A stretch of DNA of 57,818 bases from the NCBI GenBank assembly GCA_034440155.1, contig JAWXBN010000011.1:1-57818 (forward strand), read 5' to 3'. How positions within the stretch are numbered: the stretch's first letter is position 1; the number at the start of each line of letters is the position of its first letter. Both the position numbers and the translations under genes were made by a program. Source of the DNA: Verrucomicrobiota bacterium. Lineage in GTDB: Bacteria > Verrucomicrobiota > Verrucomicrobiia > JAWXBN01. This document shows positions 40,933 through 49,586 of this stretch, piece by piece. The notes under the pieces were generated by a model. That model was given only the letters and a program-made list of their open reading frames with translations, did not search any database and was not told the DNA's origin.

Positions 40933-41005
40933 ATTTTGAGGAATTCTCTTTTCAGGTGGAAAAGATTCTGACAGAGTATTTTTCTTCGTTTTGACCTTCA
41001 CTTTT

Positions 41006-41093
41006 GCCGGTGTGGCGAAATGGCAGACGCACAGGACTTAAAATCCTGGGGACTTCAAAATCCGTGCGGGTTCGAGTCCCGCCACCGGCACCA
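41006..41093 (+). tRNA. tRNA-Leu (anticodon UAA), long variable arm, CCA encoded
   Basis: Hand fold: acceptor GCCGGTG/CACCGGC, anticodon stem CAGGA/TCCTG with loop CTTAAAA, a 17-nt variable arm, and T arm GCGGG-TTCGAGT-CCCGC. A T-run follows. Confidence 0.95.
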
Positions 41094-41869
41094 TTCTTTT
41101 TTTAAATTTAATGTTACGACGACTTCTCGTTAAGTCACCGGAAGCAATTTGCACCACGAAGACCAAGAAAAGATACAAAAGATGGTGGAACGAGTTGGCC
41201 AAACTAATTCTGTAGGGCGACGGGCCCCGTTGTCGTCGGGAGCGATTTGCGCGGTGAGACGACCCGCGTACATCCGATGGAGCCATTCAGGCCTTGGTCA
41301 CCTCCCGGGGCATTTGATCAAAAACGGGGTAGCGGATGCACTTCCCGCCACAAAGGATATACCCTGAAAGGGTCGTATCCAACGTGCCGATTCCTCACGT
41401 CTGCCCAGAATTCACCCCCCCCTTCAGGGTAGATCGTGAATGGGGGACAAGTAACCTTGGGCTAAATGATTTTATCCGGCTCAAAGAAAGGGAAATAGGA
41501 GGAAGTTTAAAGTCGATAGGAAAATGGGGTTTCTCGGCAGAAGTCCATGGAGGAACTTTTTTTCAATTTACCTGTGGGGCGAGCGGCCCTGCTTTCCACT
41601 GAAATTTGGCTTTCTCGGATTTCCGCCCGTGGCCCACAGTAACGAGGACTAAGTTGCCCTATCAAAGTCATGCCCAGCACGCCGAACCACAGTATCGAGA
41701 ATCCCTATGGGGAATTTGCGGCGACTTTTTTCTATTTCTGCCTCACTTTGGGATCACGAGTCCCGATTGTCTTCCATCGGGGCGAGACATATTGCTTTTC
41801 CGTCCATCCCAAAATAAGTTGTCATGCAAATGTTATTGGTTGGCGCGTGGAGTTCTGATAATAGAGCTG

Positions 41870-42505
41870 TTAGCCACGCAAACGTCCGATGTAGAGTAGG
41901 TATTGCCAGAGCACGCCATACGCGGCACAAATTTCACTGGATCGGGGTTCGAACCGTTCCCCAAAGGCTTTCATCAAATGCCCCTCCATGCGGACATGAT
42001 TCACACCCATCCACCGGCGGAACCACGCGACACACGAATGATGAAAATCCACCACGGCGACCGAACCCTCCACATCCAGATCCTCCCGGCAAAGATCCAG
42101 CACTCCCTCGTATCCGGGATTAATCATGGATAGCGAGTAGCTGAATAAAATCAGGTCAAACTTCCGTTCCCCAGCCACAGGCGCATCATACGGCCTGTGC
42201 AACAAACCCACCCGTCCGCCAAATGGAACTACCTTGGGCCGGGCCCGGTCCAGCATGTCTGCCGAAAGATCTAGCCCGAGAATTTCCGCCTTAGGAAAGG
42301 CCCGCGCCAGCGCCACAAGATTTTTTCCGGTTCCACAGCCCACTTCTAATATCCGCCTCGGTGTAGCACAGTTTCTTGCTGCGCGATGGATGATCTCGTG
42401 GCGACCGAAAAGAAATGCCCACCGGGTCATGTCATAAATGTGGGAGTGCCAGCGGTAATAATCGGAAAGTTCCCGGGACGGCGACTGCAGGGGCACAGTA
42501 CTCAA
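41870..42505 (-). CDS. btaB: class I SAM-dependent methyltransferase, BtaB-like (DGTS N-methylation)
   Basis: 211 aa. The TTG start overlaps the upstream stop by 4 nt (TTGA). SAM motif ILEVGCGTGKNL. Its size and its position directly after a DUF3419 gene match the btaA-btaB arrangement. Confidence 0.65.
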   Translation of the reverse strand: MSTVPLQSPSRELSDYYRWHSHIYDMTRWAFLFGRHEIIHRAARNCATPRRILEVGCGTGKNLVALARAFPKAEILGLDLSADMLDRARPKVVPFGGRVGLLHRPYDAPVAGERKFDLILFSYSLSMINPGYEGVLDLCREDLDVEGSVAVVDFHHSCVAWFRRWMGVNHVRMEGHLMKAFGERFEPRSSEICAAYGVLWQYLLYIGRLRG

Positions 42506-43686
42506 GAGATGATCTCCGCAAATAGCGTCGACCCGTACGTGCCGACGCGGTCTAACACATGCAGCTTCTCGGCCATCTCGGTATCCAATCGCAAATGACG
42601 TCGCGCAGAGCCGGGAATAAAATCTATGACCGGGCTGGCCGAACGCATCAGGATGCGTGTTCCTGGCTGACTATTTTCCAAAATAAGTTTCCATTCCTCG
42701 GTCAGAGCCTCAGGCATGTGCGCGGCCAGCCAGTCCTGATGATCCAGTAACACATAATGCGAATAGGAGGAGGGATTCTCCCTTAGAAAATTCGCCAGCG
42801 TCGAGGTGTGGGTCGTCAAACGGGGTAGATTTTCACGGAGCGCGTCCTGGTTATCCTTCTGCAAATAGCGAGGGCAGCACTCCCGCGTGTATTTTCCGGT
42901 CAGGTACACTCTCCAGAAATAATTGTCCTGAAAAGGCATCTTCGTGAAAACATGTTCCAGTTTGGTCTGGATGTACCCGGTCAATCCACCGGGAAACTGG
43001 GTTTCAATCAGACGAATCTGCGCACGCGGTACCCCCAGCATCGCCATCGCTAGAGGTTGGGCCAGGAGCCACTTCACAAAACCGTTCCACAGCATGGGAC
43101 GCACCTTTTCATAAAGTTCCTGCTGCTCCTCGACGGTTTTGGACGCGAGTAGATCATTCATGTATTTGCGGACATTTTTATTTGTCCCTAGGAAACTCTG
43201 GCGCGCGATCCAGGCCATCCGTCCGGCGGTACCTCGGTAATAGAACGAGGGATTCAGGTGGGTGCTTTTGAAATAATCGGATTTTTCCCGCCAAAACTTG
43301 GCCGCATAGGGTGTCAGCGCCGGACGTGCAGACCGTAGTAGGTCGGGAAACTCCGGATGTGAACCCTCCCCAAAGGTCTGGAACAGATCGGCAAAACTAT
43401 TCATCCCAATCACGGCCATCTTGAGTTGGAGCAGCGCATTCTGCCGGGGATTCATGTCCACGGCATGCACATGGGCGGGCCCAGCCAAGAGATAATCCAA
43501 GGCATTACACCCGGCACTGGTGATCATGACCACCCGGCTGCGGGAATTGAGAGAAAGCATCTGCAGATCCTGTCGAGGATCCTCCCAGCAGGTGTTGTAG
43601 ATGAGGTTGCCGGTGTGAACCTTATTAAAAAGGGCATCATGAGCCCTCTGACGGAGGGAGGGGCGGGCCGGGGTGTGGGCTATCAT
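42502..43686 (-). CDS. btaA: DUF3419 protein, BtaA-like (SAM:diacylglycerol 3-amino-3-carboxypropyl transferase)
   Basis: 394 aa. The N-terminal block LIYNTCWEDPRQDLQML...VVMITSAGCNALDYLLAGPAHVHAVDMNPRQNALLQLK is the conserved BtaA/DUF3419 core as I recall it. Confidence 0.7.
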   Translation of the reverse strand: MIAHTPARPSLRQRAHDALFNKVHTGNLIYNTCWEDPRQDLQMLSLNSRSRVVMITSAGCNALDYLLAGPAHVHAVDMNPRQNALLQLKMAVIGMNSFADLFQTFGEGSHPEFPDLLRSARPALTPYAAKFWREKSDYFKSTHLNPSFYYRGTAGRMAWIARQSFLGTNKNVRKYMNDLLASKTVEEQQELYEKVRPMLWNGFVKWLLAQPLAMAMLGVPRAQIRLIETQFPGGLTGYIQTKLEHVFTKMPFQDNYFWRVYLTGKYTRECCPRYLQKDNQDALRENLPRLTTHTSTLANFLRENPSSYSHYVLLDHQDWLAAHMPEALTEEWKLILENSQPGTRILMRSASPVIDFIPGSARRHLRLDTEMAEKLHVLDRVGTYGSTLFAEIIS

Positions 43687-44087
43687 GAGTGTATGAAAAC
43701 GTTAAATATGGGGGTTTGTCAGGTCAGCAATTGTGACGATTGTGTGATCCACCCTATTCATTATGAACTCCACGCCCCAAGCAATAACATTTGCAATGCC
43801 GACCTCTTGCGGGATGGATGGAATAATAAGGTGTCTCTCCATGCAGGACTTGTATCCCGAAGTGTTTTGAAGACAGGTATGGTGTGCCGAAATTTGCTTT
43901 TGCCTACCGGGGAAGAAATCTTTTAGTTTCCGAGTGCAGGGTAATCGGCCCTCACTTGCCGAGGTGTGATATTCTGCAGAGATTTGAGAAAGAATACCGT
44001 TTTCCCCTCCGGTTTGTTTCGCACTGAGACCCCCCCTACGCAACTTGCTCACGTTCCTGAGTAAAGGGTTATTGGGGGCAATTTGTT

Positions 44088-44230
44088 TTAAATAATCTCA
44101 AATCTCAGCATGACCCCTATCACCTATCATCAGCATGACCCCTATCATTAAATAATCTCAAATCTCAGCATGACCCCTATCACGACCCCTATCACTGACC
44201 CCTATCACAAATCCCAGCATGACCCCTATC
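44088..44230. repeat. dense same-orientation direct-repeat (iteron-like) array
   Basis: GACCCCTATC occurs six times (starts 44112, 44137, 44172, 44184, 44197, 44221). Four copies extend to CAGCATGACCCCTATC. The 36-mer TTAAATAATCTCAAATCTCAGCATGACCCCTATCAC occurs twice exactly (44088-44123 and 44148-44183). Confidence 0.9.
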
Positions 44231-44532
44231 CTTGATGAGAGTGGTAATTTGCTTAAATGGAAACTTTTTGACAAAAAGCCTATGAAGATAAATTTCCACC
44301 ACACAAAATAATAGTATTTTGTAGAGACGTTTTTTAATAGCTCTTCAGAAATTCGTGTGGAATTTTTATGGTTCGATGCAAGTGCGGCTTGAAGTTATGG
44401 AGTAGCCCGAGGCAGTTGACCGTGTTCTTGTTCACTCTGAGAGCTTTGCGGACATTAACCAGCAACTCCAGTGGGTCTGCCCGGCTAGCCGACTCTGCAA
44501 CGTCGTGCGAATGATCCCGTGCTTCTTACGAA

Positions 44533-44682
44533 CTAGCGTACAGTGGCTTGCGTCCCTGCCCTTGGGCAATCTCCCACATGGAGACAATCCCAGTAGAAGA
44601 CATTGATGAGGCGGCGGTTACAGAACACAAACAGATGCCCGCTGCTAGGCACCTCGTACAAGAAACTTTTTAACCAATCCAT
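44533..44682 (-). pseudogene. relic of an IS66-family orf2 (tnpB)
   Basis: A 49-codon ORF, MDWLKSFLYEVPSSGHLFVFCNRRLINVFYWD..., resembles the conserved IS66 Orf2 core (SG-LFVF-NRR...WD). Similarity continues only in another frame (CGRLPKGRDAS versus KRLE-G-F). No tnpA or tnpC is adjacent. Confidence 0.45.
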
Positions 44683-44938
44683 TCAGCCCACTATCCTAGA
44701 CGCATGTCTATCAAAGATTTTATTGATTGGCGAATTAGGACGTTAATCAAGGCAGCAAGAAGAAACAAACGCACACCTGCTTGGGTACTAAGAAACATTT
44801 ACAATATACAATTCACTTTTATTTAAATAATAACTTTTGGTCAATAAAAACAAGGTTTTTGACGTGGTCCAAAATACGGACTACTTACGCAAAGGATAAA
44901 GAAATTAGTTTTGAATTTTTGAATATGTAAGCGGAAAT

Positions 44939-46496
44939 ATGAAGAGAATAGAGTTTAGAGAATTGCCTGAGAAGATTAGATTATATCTCATGATCTCACT
45001 GGTATCAGGGAGTTGGATTTTATTAATGGGAGCAGGAAGCAATTCATTAAATGTCACGATCTTACCTAGTCCCTCTGGAATGATAGCTATGGGGGATACA
45101 AATGCCTTTTTGATGGCTTCAGTGAGTTGTGCGGGGACAAATGTCACAACAAATGGCACGACCTATTCGTGGACTGGAACTGGAGTGACAAATTCCAGTA
45201 TCCAATCCATTACCACACCGGGGATCACGAATATCTCCCTCACAGCGACCCACATCTATAGCGTGAATAATATTAGCTACACAAATACAGGATCGAAAAA
45301 TATATCCATCACGATTGTAGGAGTAAGTAATATTGTCGGGCTGACAAATGTCCTGGCCGGCTCGACCACGAATTACACGGCGAATGCGTCTGGGTCGGGC
45401 ACCTTTCCCAATGGCTGGCCGAAATGGGAAACAAACCGTACCGCAGTCGCCGCAACGACCGCGACTATCCCAGTTACTTTTCCCACAAATCCGACGACAA
45501 ATTTTAATGTCAAGGCTACGGCGGGAACGAGTAGTACGAATTTGAATGTGAATGTCATAAAAGTAACTAGGATTACACCCGCTAACAGCCCTGTTACGGC
45601 AACTGTCGACGGAGCTGATGGCACGGCAGGAACGGCGGGAGCTAACGAATACACATTCTCCACGAATTCTAGCGGAATAATTACACTTAAGCTCAAAGCA
45701 AAGGTGGATGGACTCTCCACAATGGACGTGGCAACTCAAAATGCTTTCCGATTTGATGTAGAGGCCGTAGGAGACTCCACTCTCGCTTGGGAAGCCACTA
45801 ACCCGAACGGTCAACCGACCATCAACGGTGACTTTCTGGAAGCCACCGTTACTTTTACAGGACTCCCCACTAGCAACTCTGGCTTTGGCCTCAAAACAGC
45901 CAAAGTTAAGTTTTATTCAGAAGAGGTTCCCACAGAGTTTGAGGTATTCTTTGCCAAAGAAGAAAATAATCACCCAGGCACAGGAAATGGAAGTACGTCA
46001 AATTGGTATTATTATTGGGCCTCCAATGCAGTTTCGGGCTATGATTTAGCTAGCAGCACTTATTCTTATGCCATCGGAACCGCTGGGGAGTATGCTCAAT
46101 ATAACAGTAACCCAAGCAATCCTCAATATACTATTCATGGGCCCGCATCTGCAGGGCATGAAAATTACTCAGATGGAGGGATTGACCGTGGATCGGAAAG
46201 GTATTGACACACTGGCCGCAACGTTATTGCATGAAAAGACTCATTTGCAGGTAGACTTGAAGTGGAAGAACGGTGGAGTGTGGCATGGTAAAGCAGATAC
46301 CGATGGTGATGAGCTTCCAGATGAATGGGAGGATGCTCACGCAACACAAGGATTTGACAAGACAAAGAGAGAATCATTTGTATTTCCCTATGGTGATGAC
46401 GAGGAGGTTTATTGTGAAAAACAGGCCAACGGCATCACGGGGGATGCGGCTCAGGACTGGAGTAATCCTGGAAAACAATCAAAAACAGTATTTTAA
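44939..46496 (+). pseudogene. frameshifted gene for a surface/exported Asn/Thr-rich repeat protein with a C-terminal HExxH motif and a thrombospondin-type-3-like acidic repeat (ORFs 44939-46207 and 46068-46496)
   Basis: The N-terminal hydrophobic anchor is IRLYLMISLVSGSWILLMGAG, followed by about 380 aa of N/T/G-rich Ig-like sequence. ORF1 stops at 46205-46207. The -1 frame then carries GIDTLAATLLHEKTHLQ (HEKTH at 46230-46244) and DTDGDELPDEWED. The frames can be joined by a 1-nt indel near 46192-46200. Confidence 0.6.
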
Positions 46497-46509
46497 ATAT
46501 TATTATACC

Positions 46510-46911
46510 ATGAAAATAATCATTATTATCAGTGTGTTTCTCCTAATTCTTTTTGTCAGTGGATTATCTGCGGGAGATTTGCCGACCACAGAGGTTCAAA
46601 ATGAGCAGTTAAAAAACGCCGTGCTGACACTTATTGAAAGCGTAAGGGGAAAAGACGACAAACGGTTGGTCTCACTACTTCAGGAATTGGATTCTCGAAC
46701 AGCCCCTGCCCACCGCCCGACAGTAAGCCGGGTTCACCGTTACTTGAAAGATATGAAAGACACGGATGTTAAGTTTGGAAGCACTTTTCAACAGCAGGAG
46801 AAGAATCTGATTGGCATCAGAATCATAGAGCCAATCTGTCTTGACTTTACCTTCATAAGGATAGACCGAAAGGGGAAGGAAGTGCTGCTGCTGCAAGCCA
46901 TAAATCCCTGA
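46510..46911 (+). CDS. small secreted protein, function unknown
   Basis: 133 aa from ATG 46510 with signal peptide MKIIIIISVFLLILFVSGLSA. The ORF-track extension back to 46273 overlaps the preceding gene and looks non-coding. Confidence 0.5.
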   Translation: MKIIIIISVFLLILFVSGLSAGDLPTTEVQNEQLKNAVLTLIESVRGKDDKRLVSLLQELDSRTAPAHRPTVSRVHRYLKDMKDTDVKFGSTFQQQEKNLIGIRIIEPICLDFTFIRIDRKGKEVLLLQAINP

Positions 46912-47209
46912 TGGAATAATGATTGGGCGGGGATGCAAAGAAATGGGAGAGGAGAGCGTGAAAAGATCAGATTATATTTCCTTGTTTCACACGCATACTC
47001 CAACAACTTACCGATCAGTTGGAAGGGTAGTTGGCCCATCCTTAGTTGACAACACGGCACATTCTACCGCAAATGTTGCAGGTATCGTTTATGACTATAT
47101 AGTGACAAATAATTCCATACCCGCTGGACATCCATTAAACTCGTCAGCACTAAGATCTAGTTCTGGACCGAATGAAAGAAAACCCCTTAATTATAAAAGA
47201 TATACAAGT

Positions 47210-47689
47210 ATGAAAAAAATATTACTCGCATTTCTATTTGTTTTTATAATATCAACCATCATTTTTTATTACAAAACGAATAACAAATCAATGGAAAGTA
47301 AAATCAACACTAACAGTGTGGATAGAAAAGATGCAATAAAGTCAATTGAACCTGGGCAAAACACTGTTAATTCTCAAATCCTCAAAGAAGAGTATAGTGA
47401 TTCTATTAACAGCAGTCGTGATATTGAATATATTGGTGATGTTTCTCCTGAAATTGCAAAAAAGGCAATAGATATTTGTATGGTAGCATTAAAAAGCAAG
47501 GTGAATATACCAGAAGGCAAACCATCGATCACTGTAAATGGTGACAATTTGATTATAAGGTTTCCAACTAAAAAAAATGAGACTGCTGGCGGTATACATA
47601 TGGGTCCTGATTACAGTGCCGAGGTCACGTTGGATGTGAAAACATGGAAAGTTATTAATATCTTGGGTGAAGCTGATTCAGTATTTTAA
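47210..47689 (+). CDS. small membrane-anchored/secreted protein, function unknown
   Basis: 159 aa from ATG 47210 with N-terminal anchor MKKILLAFLFVFIISTIIFYY. The region is very AT-rich (12/60 G+C at 47221-47280). The ORF-track extension back to 46919 is not protein-like. Confidence 0.5.
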   Translation: MKKILLAFLFVFIISTIIFYYKTNNKSMESKINTNSVDRKDAIKSIEPGQNTVNSQILKEEYSDSINSSRDIEYIGDVSPEIAKKAIDICMVALKSKVNIPEGKPSITVNGDNLIIRFPTKKNETAGGIHMGPDYSAEVTLDVKTWKVINILGEADSVF

Positions 47690-47777
47690 TCAGGAGAAAG
47701 AGTATGAATTACGTTGCATTTTAGGTATGTTCTCTACCTCTTTACAACCATAATCCTCCTCCTCTTTATATCATCTA

Positions 47778-48815
47778 GTGAAATCGTTTGGATTAATCAT
47801 ATTGTTTTATGTTGTGTCGCTTACTCAAGTGTGTGCGGCGGTAAATGTTTTTTTTCTGTGGCGGGAAAGTAATGACCAGTCTGCTTATCCGATCATTGAG
47901 ACATACATTGAAAATTCTTCAGATAAAGATATAGAGTTTGAGAAGGTCTGGATTAACGGTCAAGAAGCCAAAGGGGGAAGTCGAGAGTATTGTTGGGTAC
48001 AATGTTATCCAAAATCCATTGCTAAGCCGGGGGAAACACTCCTTGTCCAAGTATGCCTCATGACTCCACCGGGCTATCTTTATGATGCCAAAAAGATCGA
48101 GGTCAAACTCAAGGGAATCGATGAAAAGGTGAGTGGCGCAGTGCCTCGTTACTGGGGGTACATTGACGGGAGCCGGATTACATCGGTAAAATACAGCCGT
48201 GATTTCAAGAATATTTACGTGGCCTTTTCGACGTGGCAATACCCGTCGAAACCTCTCAAGATTTGGATTAATCAGGTGGAATACACAGATGTCATGAACC
48301 TGATGGAGGTGCCGTTATTCCCGGATCGCAAGCCTGCCTCGGACTGTTATTGTCCCCCTGGCATGATTTCTATTCCACTCAAAAAGGCTCTCAAACCCGG
48401 TCAGGCCGTGGCCATCCGTGTGGAGTTAGAGGAAAAAAAGATCATGGCTACCGTGATCAGGGCTTCGTTTGGTGTTTTTACAGATGCCTTTGGGGTTTCT
48501 CTGGGAGAAGGCGCATTACGCAAGGAATTAGGATTGGATTTAGAGCCATTTGCAGAAGTGATCGATCAAGATATTGCCTGTAATGTACTCAAGGCAGGAC
48601 AACAAGGAAAAGGGATGTTTGTCCAATCTCTGAGTGATGAAAGGCTGAAACGACTGAATGCCGGAGATCCGCGTCTTTGTTACCCCTATCTGTGTACAGC
48701 GTCCCAAGGCAGTTCCCAAGATCCTTTGTATGGATATCTTTGTGATGGAATGGCGATGGCGCGGTATAAATTAACGCCGTGCGACCTCCCCACCTATATC
48801 GAGCTGGAGGAATAG
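47778..48815 (+). CDS. secreted protein, function unknown
   Basis: 345 aa, GTG start, with signal peptide MKSFGLIILFYVVSLTQVCAA. No motif recognised. Confidence 0.6.
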   Translation: MKSFGLIILFYVVSLTQVCAAVNVFFLWRESNDQSAYPIIETYIENSSDKDIEFEKVWINGQEAKGGSREYCWVQCYPKSIAKPGETLLVQVCLMTPPGYLYDAKKIEVKLKGIDEKVSGAVPRYWGYIDGSRITSVKYSRDFKNIYVAFSTWQYPSKPLKIWINQVEYTDVMNLMEVPLFPDRKPASDCYCPPGMISIPLKKALKPGQAVAIRVELEEKKIMATVIRASFGVFTDAFGVSLGEGALRKELGLDLEPFAEVIDQDIACNVLKAGQQGKGMFVQSLSDERLKRLNAGDPRLCYPYLCTASQGSSQDPLYGYLCDGMAMARYKLTPCDLPTYIELEE

Positions 48816-48818
48816 GAC

Positions 48819-49484
48819 ATGCTGAGGTCGCGATTGGCGGCTTGTCCAAAGCCGTGGTTTTTTATTCCTGAATGTCATGCTTGGACACCTCGAATGCTGG
48901 AAGGAGGGGAATTACGGTTATTGGTTTATGCCGCATTGGGACAAGGATGTCAGGGGGTGAAGTACTTTATGTATAATGATTTTAATGGAATTAAAGGTTT
49001 CAAATCCAGTCCTTTGCTTACCGAGGAAATCAAGAAGCTAAACCGTGAGATTAAAATCCTCGAGCCACTTTTGGGGAAAGCTAACCATGTGGACAGCTGG
49101 ACATATTCCATGAGCGGTGCGAAATTACGGCCAGGAAACCCTTTTTTAAGTCCAGATCTACAAAGTGGATTCCGAGTTTATACTTTATGGAGCGGGGATG
49201 AGGGTGTCATGGTTCTTGTCCGTAACCTTGATTATACGACAGACCGTGCCCCTAATGATTCCGGGCGCAATCCCCGTTTCCATTATAAGCAAAAAGATAA
49301 TATAACCTTTGATGTAAGGAAACCGGTGTGGCTGAATCTCTCCACAAATGAAGAGGGTCTATTCAAGGCGGTTAATCCCTTAACCATGAAGTCTGTGGAA
49401 GGAAAAATCATCAATGGGAATTTGACCTTTAAACTGTCCAGATTGGATTTAACAGAAGTTATTTGGATTCCCAATCGCAAATAA
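48819..49484 (+). CDS. hypothetical protein, function unknown (translationally coupled to the 47778 gene)
   Basis: 221 aa. GGAGGA lies 7 nt upstream of ATG 48819, and the start is 3 nt after the upstream TAG. There is no signal peptide. Confidence 0.6.
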   Translation: MLRSRLAACPKPWFFIPECHAWTPRMLEGGELRLLVYAALGQGCQGVKYFMYNDFNGIKGFKSSPLLTEEIKKLNREIKILEPLLGKANHVDSWTYSMSGAKLRPGNPFLSPDLQSGFRVYTLWSGDEGVMVLVRNLDYTTDRAPNDSGRNPRFHYKQKDNITFDVRKPVWLNLSTNEEGLFKAVNPLTMKSVEGKIINGNLTFKLSRLDLTEVIWIPNRK

Positions 49485-49586
49485 TCGGCCTATCATCATT
49501 ATTTACTGGGATTAAACTTTTTTGATGAGAGTTTCATAAAATAGTTTGAATTGTGTCTTGAGGAATAAATTGTAAATTTCAGGGTA

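Noticed and set aside
41094-41110. Searched after tRNA-Leu, and through 41.1-57.8 kb, for an integrase gene or a direct repeat of the tRNA 3' end (att site).
   Set aside because: Neither was found by eye, so I do not call a bounded integrative element. I describe only a tRNA-adjacent accessory region.
41038-41286. 82-aa minus-strand ORF overlapping tRNA-Leu.
   Set aside because: Its C-terminal third is simply the antisense of the tRNA gene, and the remainder is Arg/Ser-rich GC-driven open frame.
44088-44230. Possible miniature CRISPR array (36-nt repeat occurring twice with a 60-nt period).
   Set aside because: There are only two full repeats. The 24-nt spacer between them is itself made of repeat pieces (CAGCATGACCCCTATCA), further partial copies follow at irregular spacing, and no cas genes are present. 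It is better described as an iteron-like array.
45119-45814. Long antisense ORFs inside real genes: 45119-45814 and 45373-45720, 43426-43926, 43702-44052, 10601-10957, 135-455, 19079-19525, 35601-35888 and others.
   Set aside because: They lie opposite well-supported genes, are rich in Arg, Pro, Ser and Gly as expected for shadow frames in GC-rich stretches, and lack motifs and SD sequences.
46919-47209. N-terminal extensions given by the ORF track for the two small secreted proteins (46273-46509 and 46919-47209).
   Set aside because: The extensions overlap the preceding gene or look non-protein-like. In both cases an internal ATG is followed immediately by a textbook signal or anchor peptide.
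48813-48815. In-frame TAG between ORFs 47778-48815 and 48819-49484, which could mean one gene split by a nonsense mutation.
   Set aside because: A strong SD (GGAGGA) lies 7 nt before ATG 48819, as expected for two translationally coupled genes. Sharing a frame has a one-in-three chance, and I see no domain that is visibly cut.
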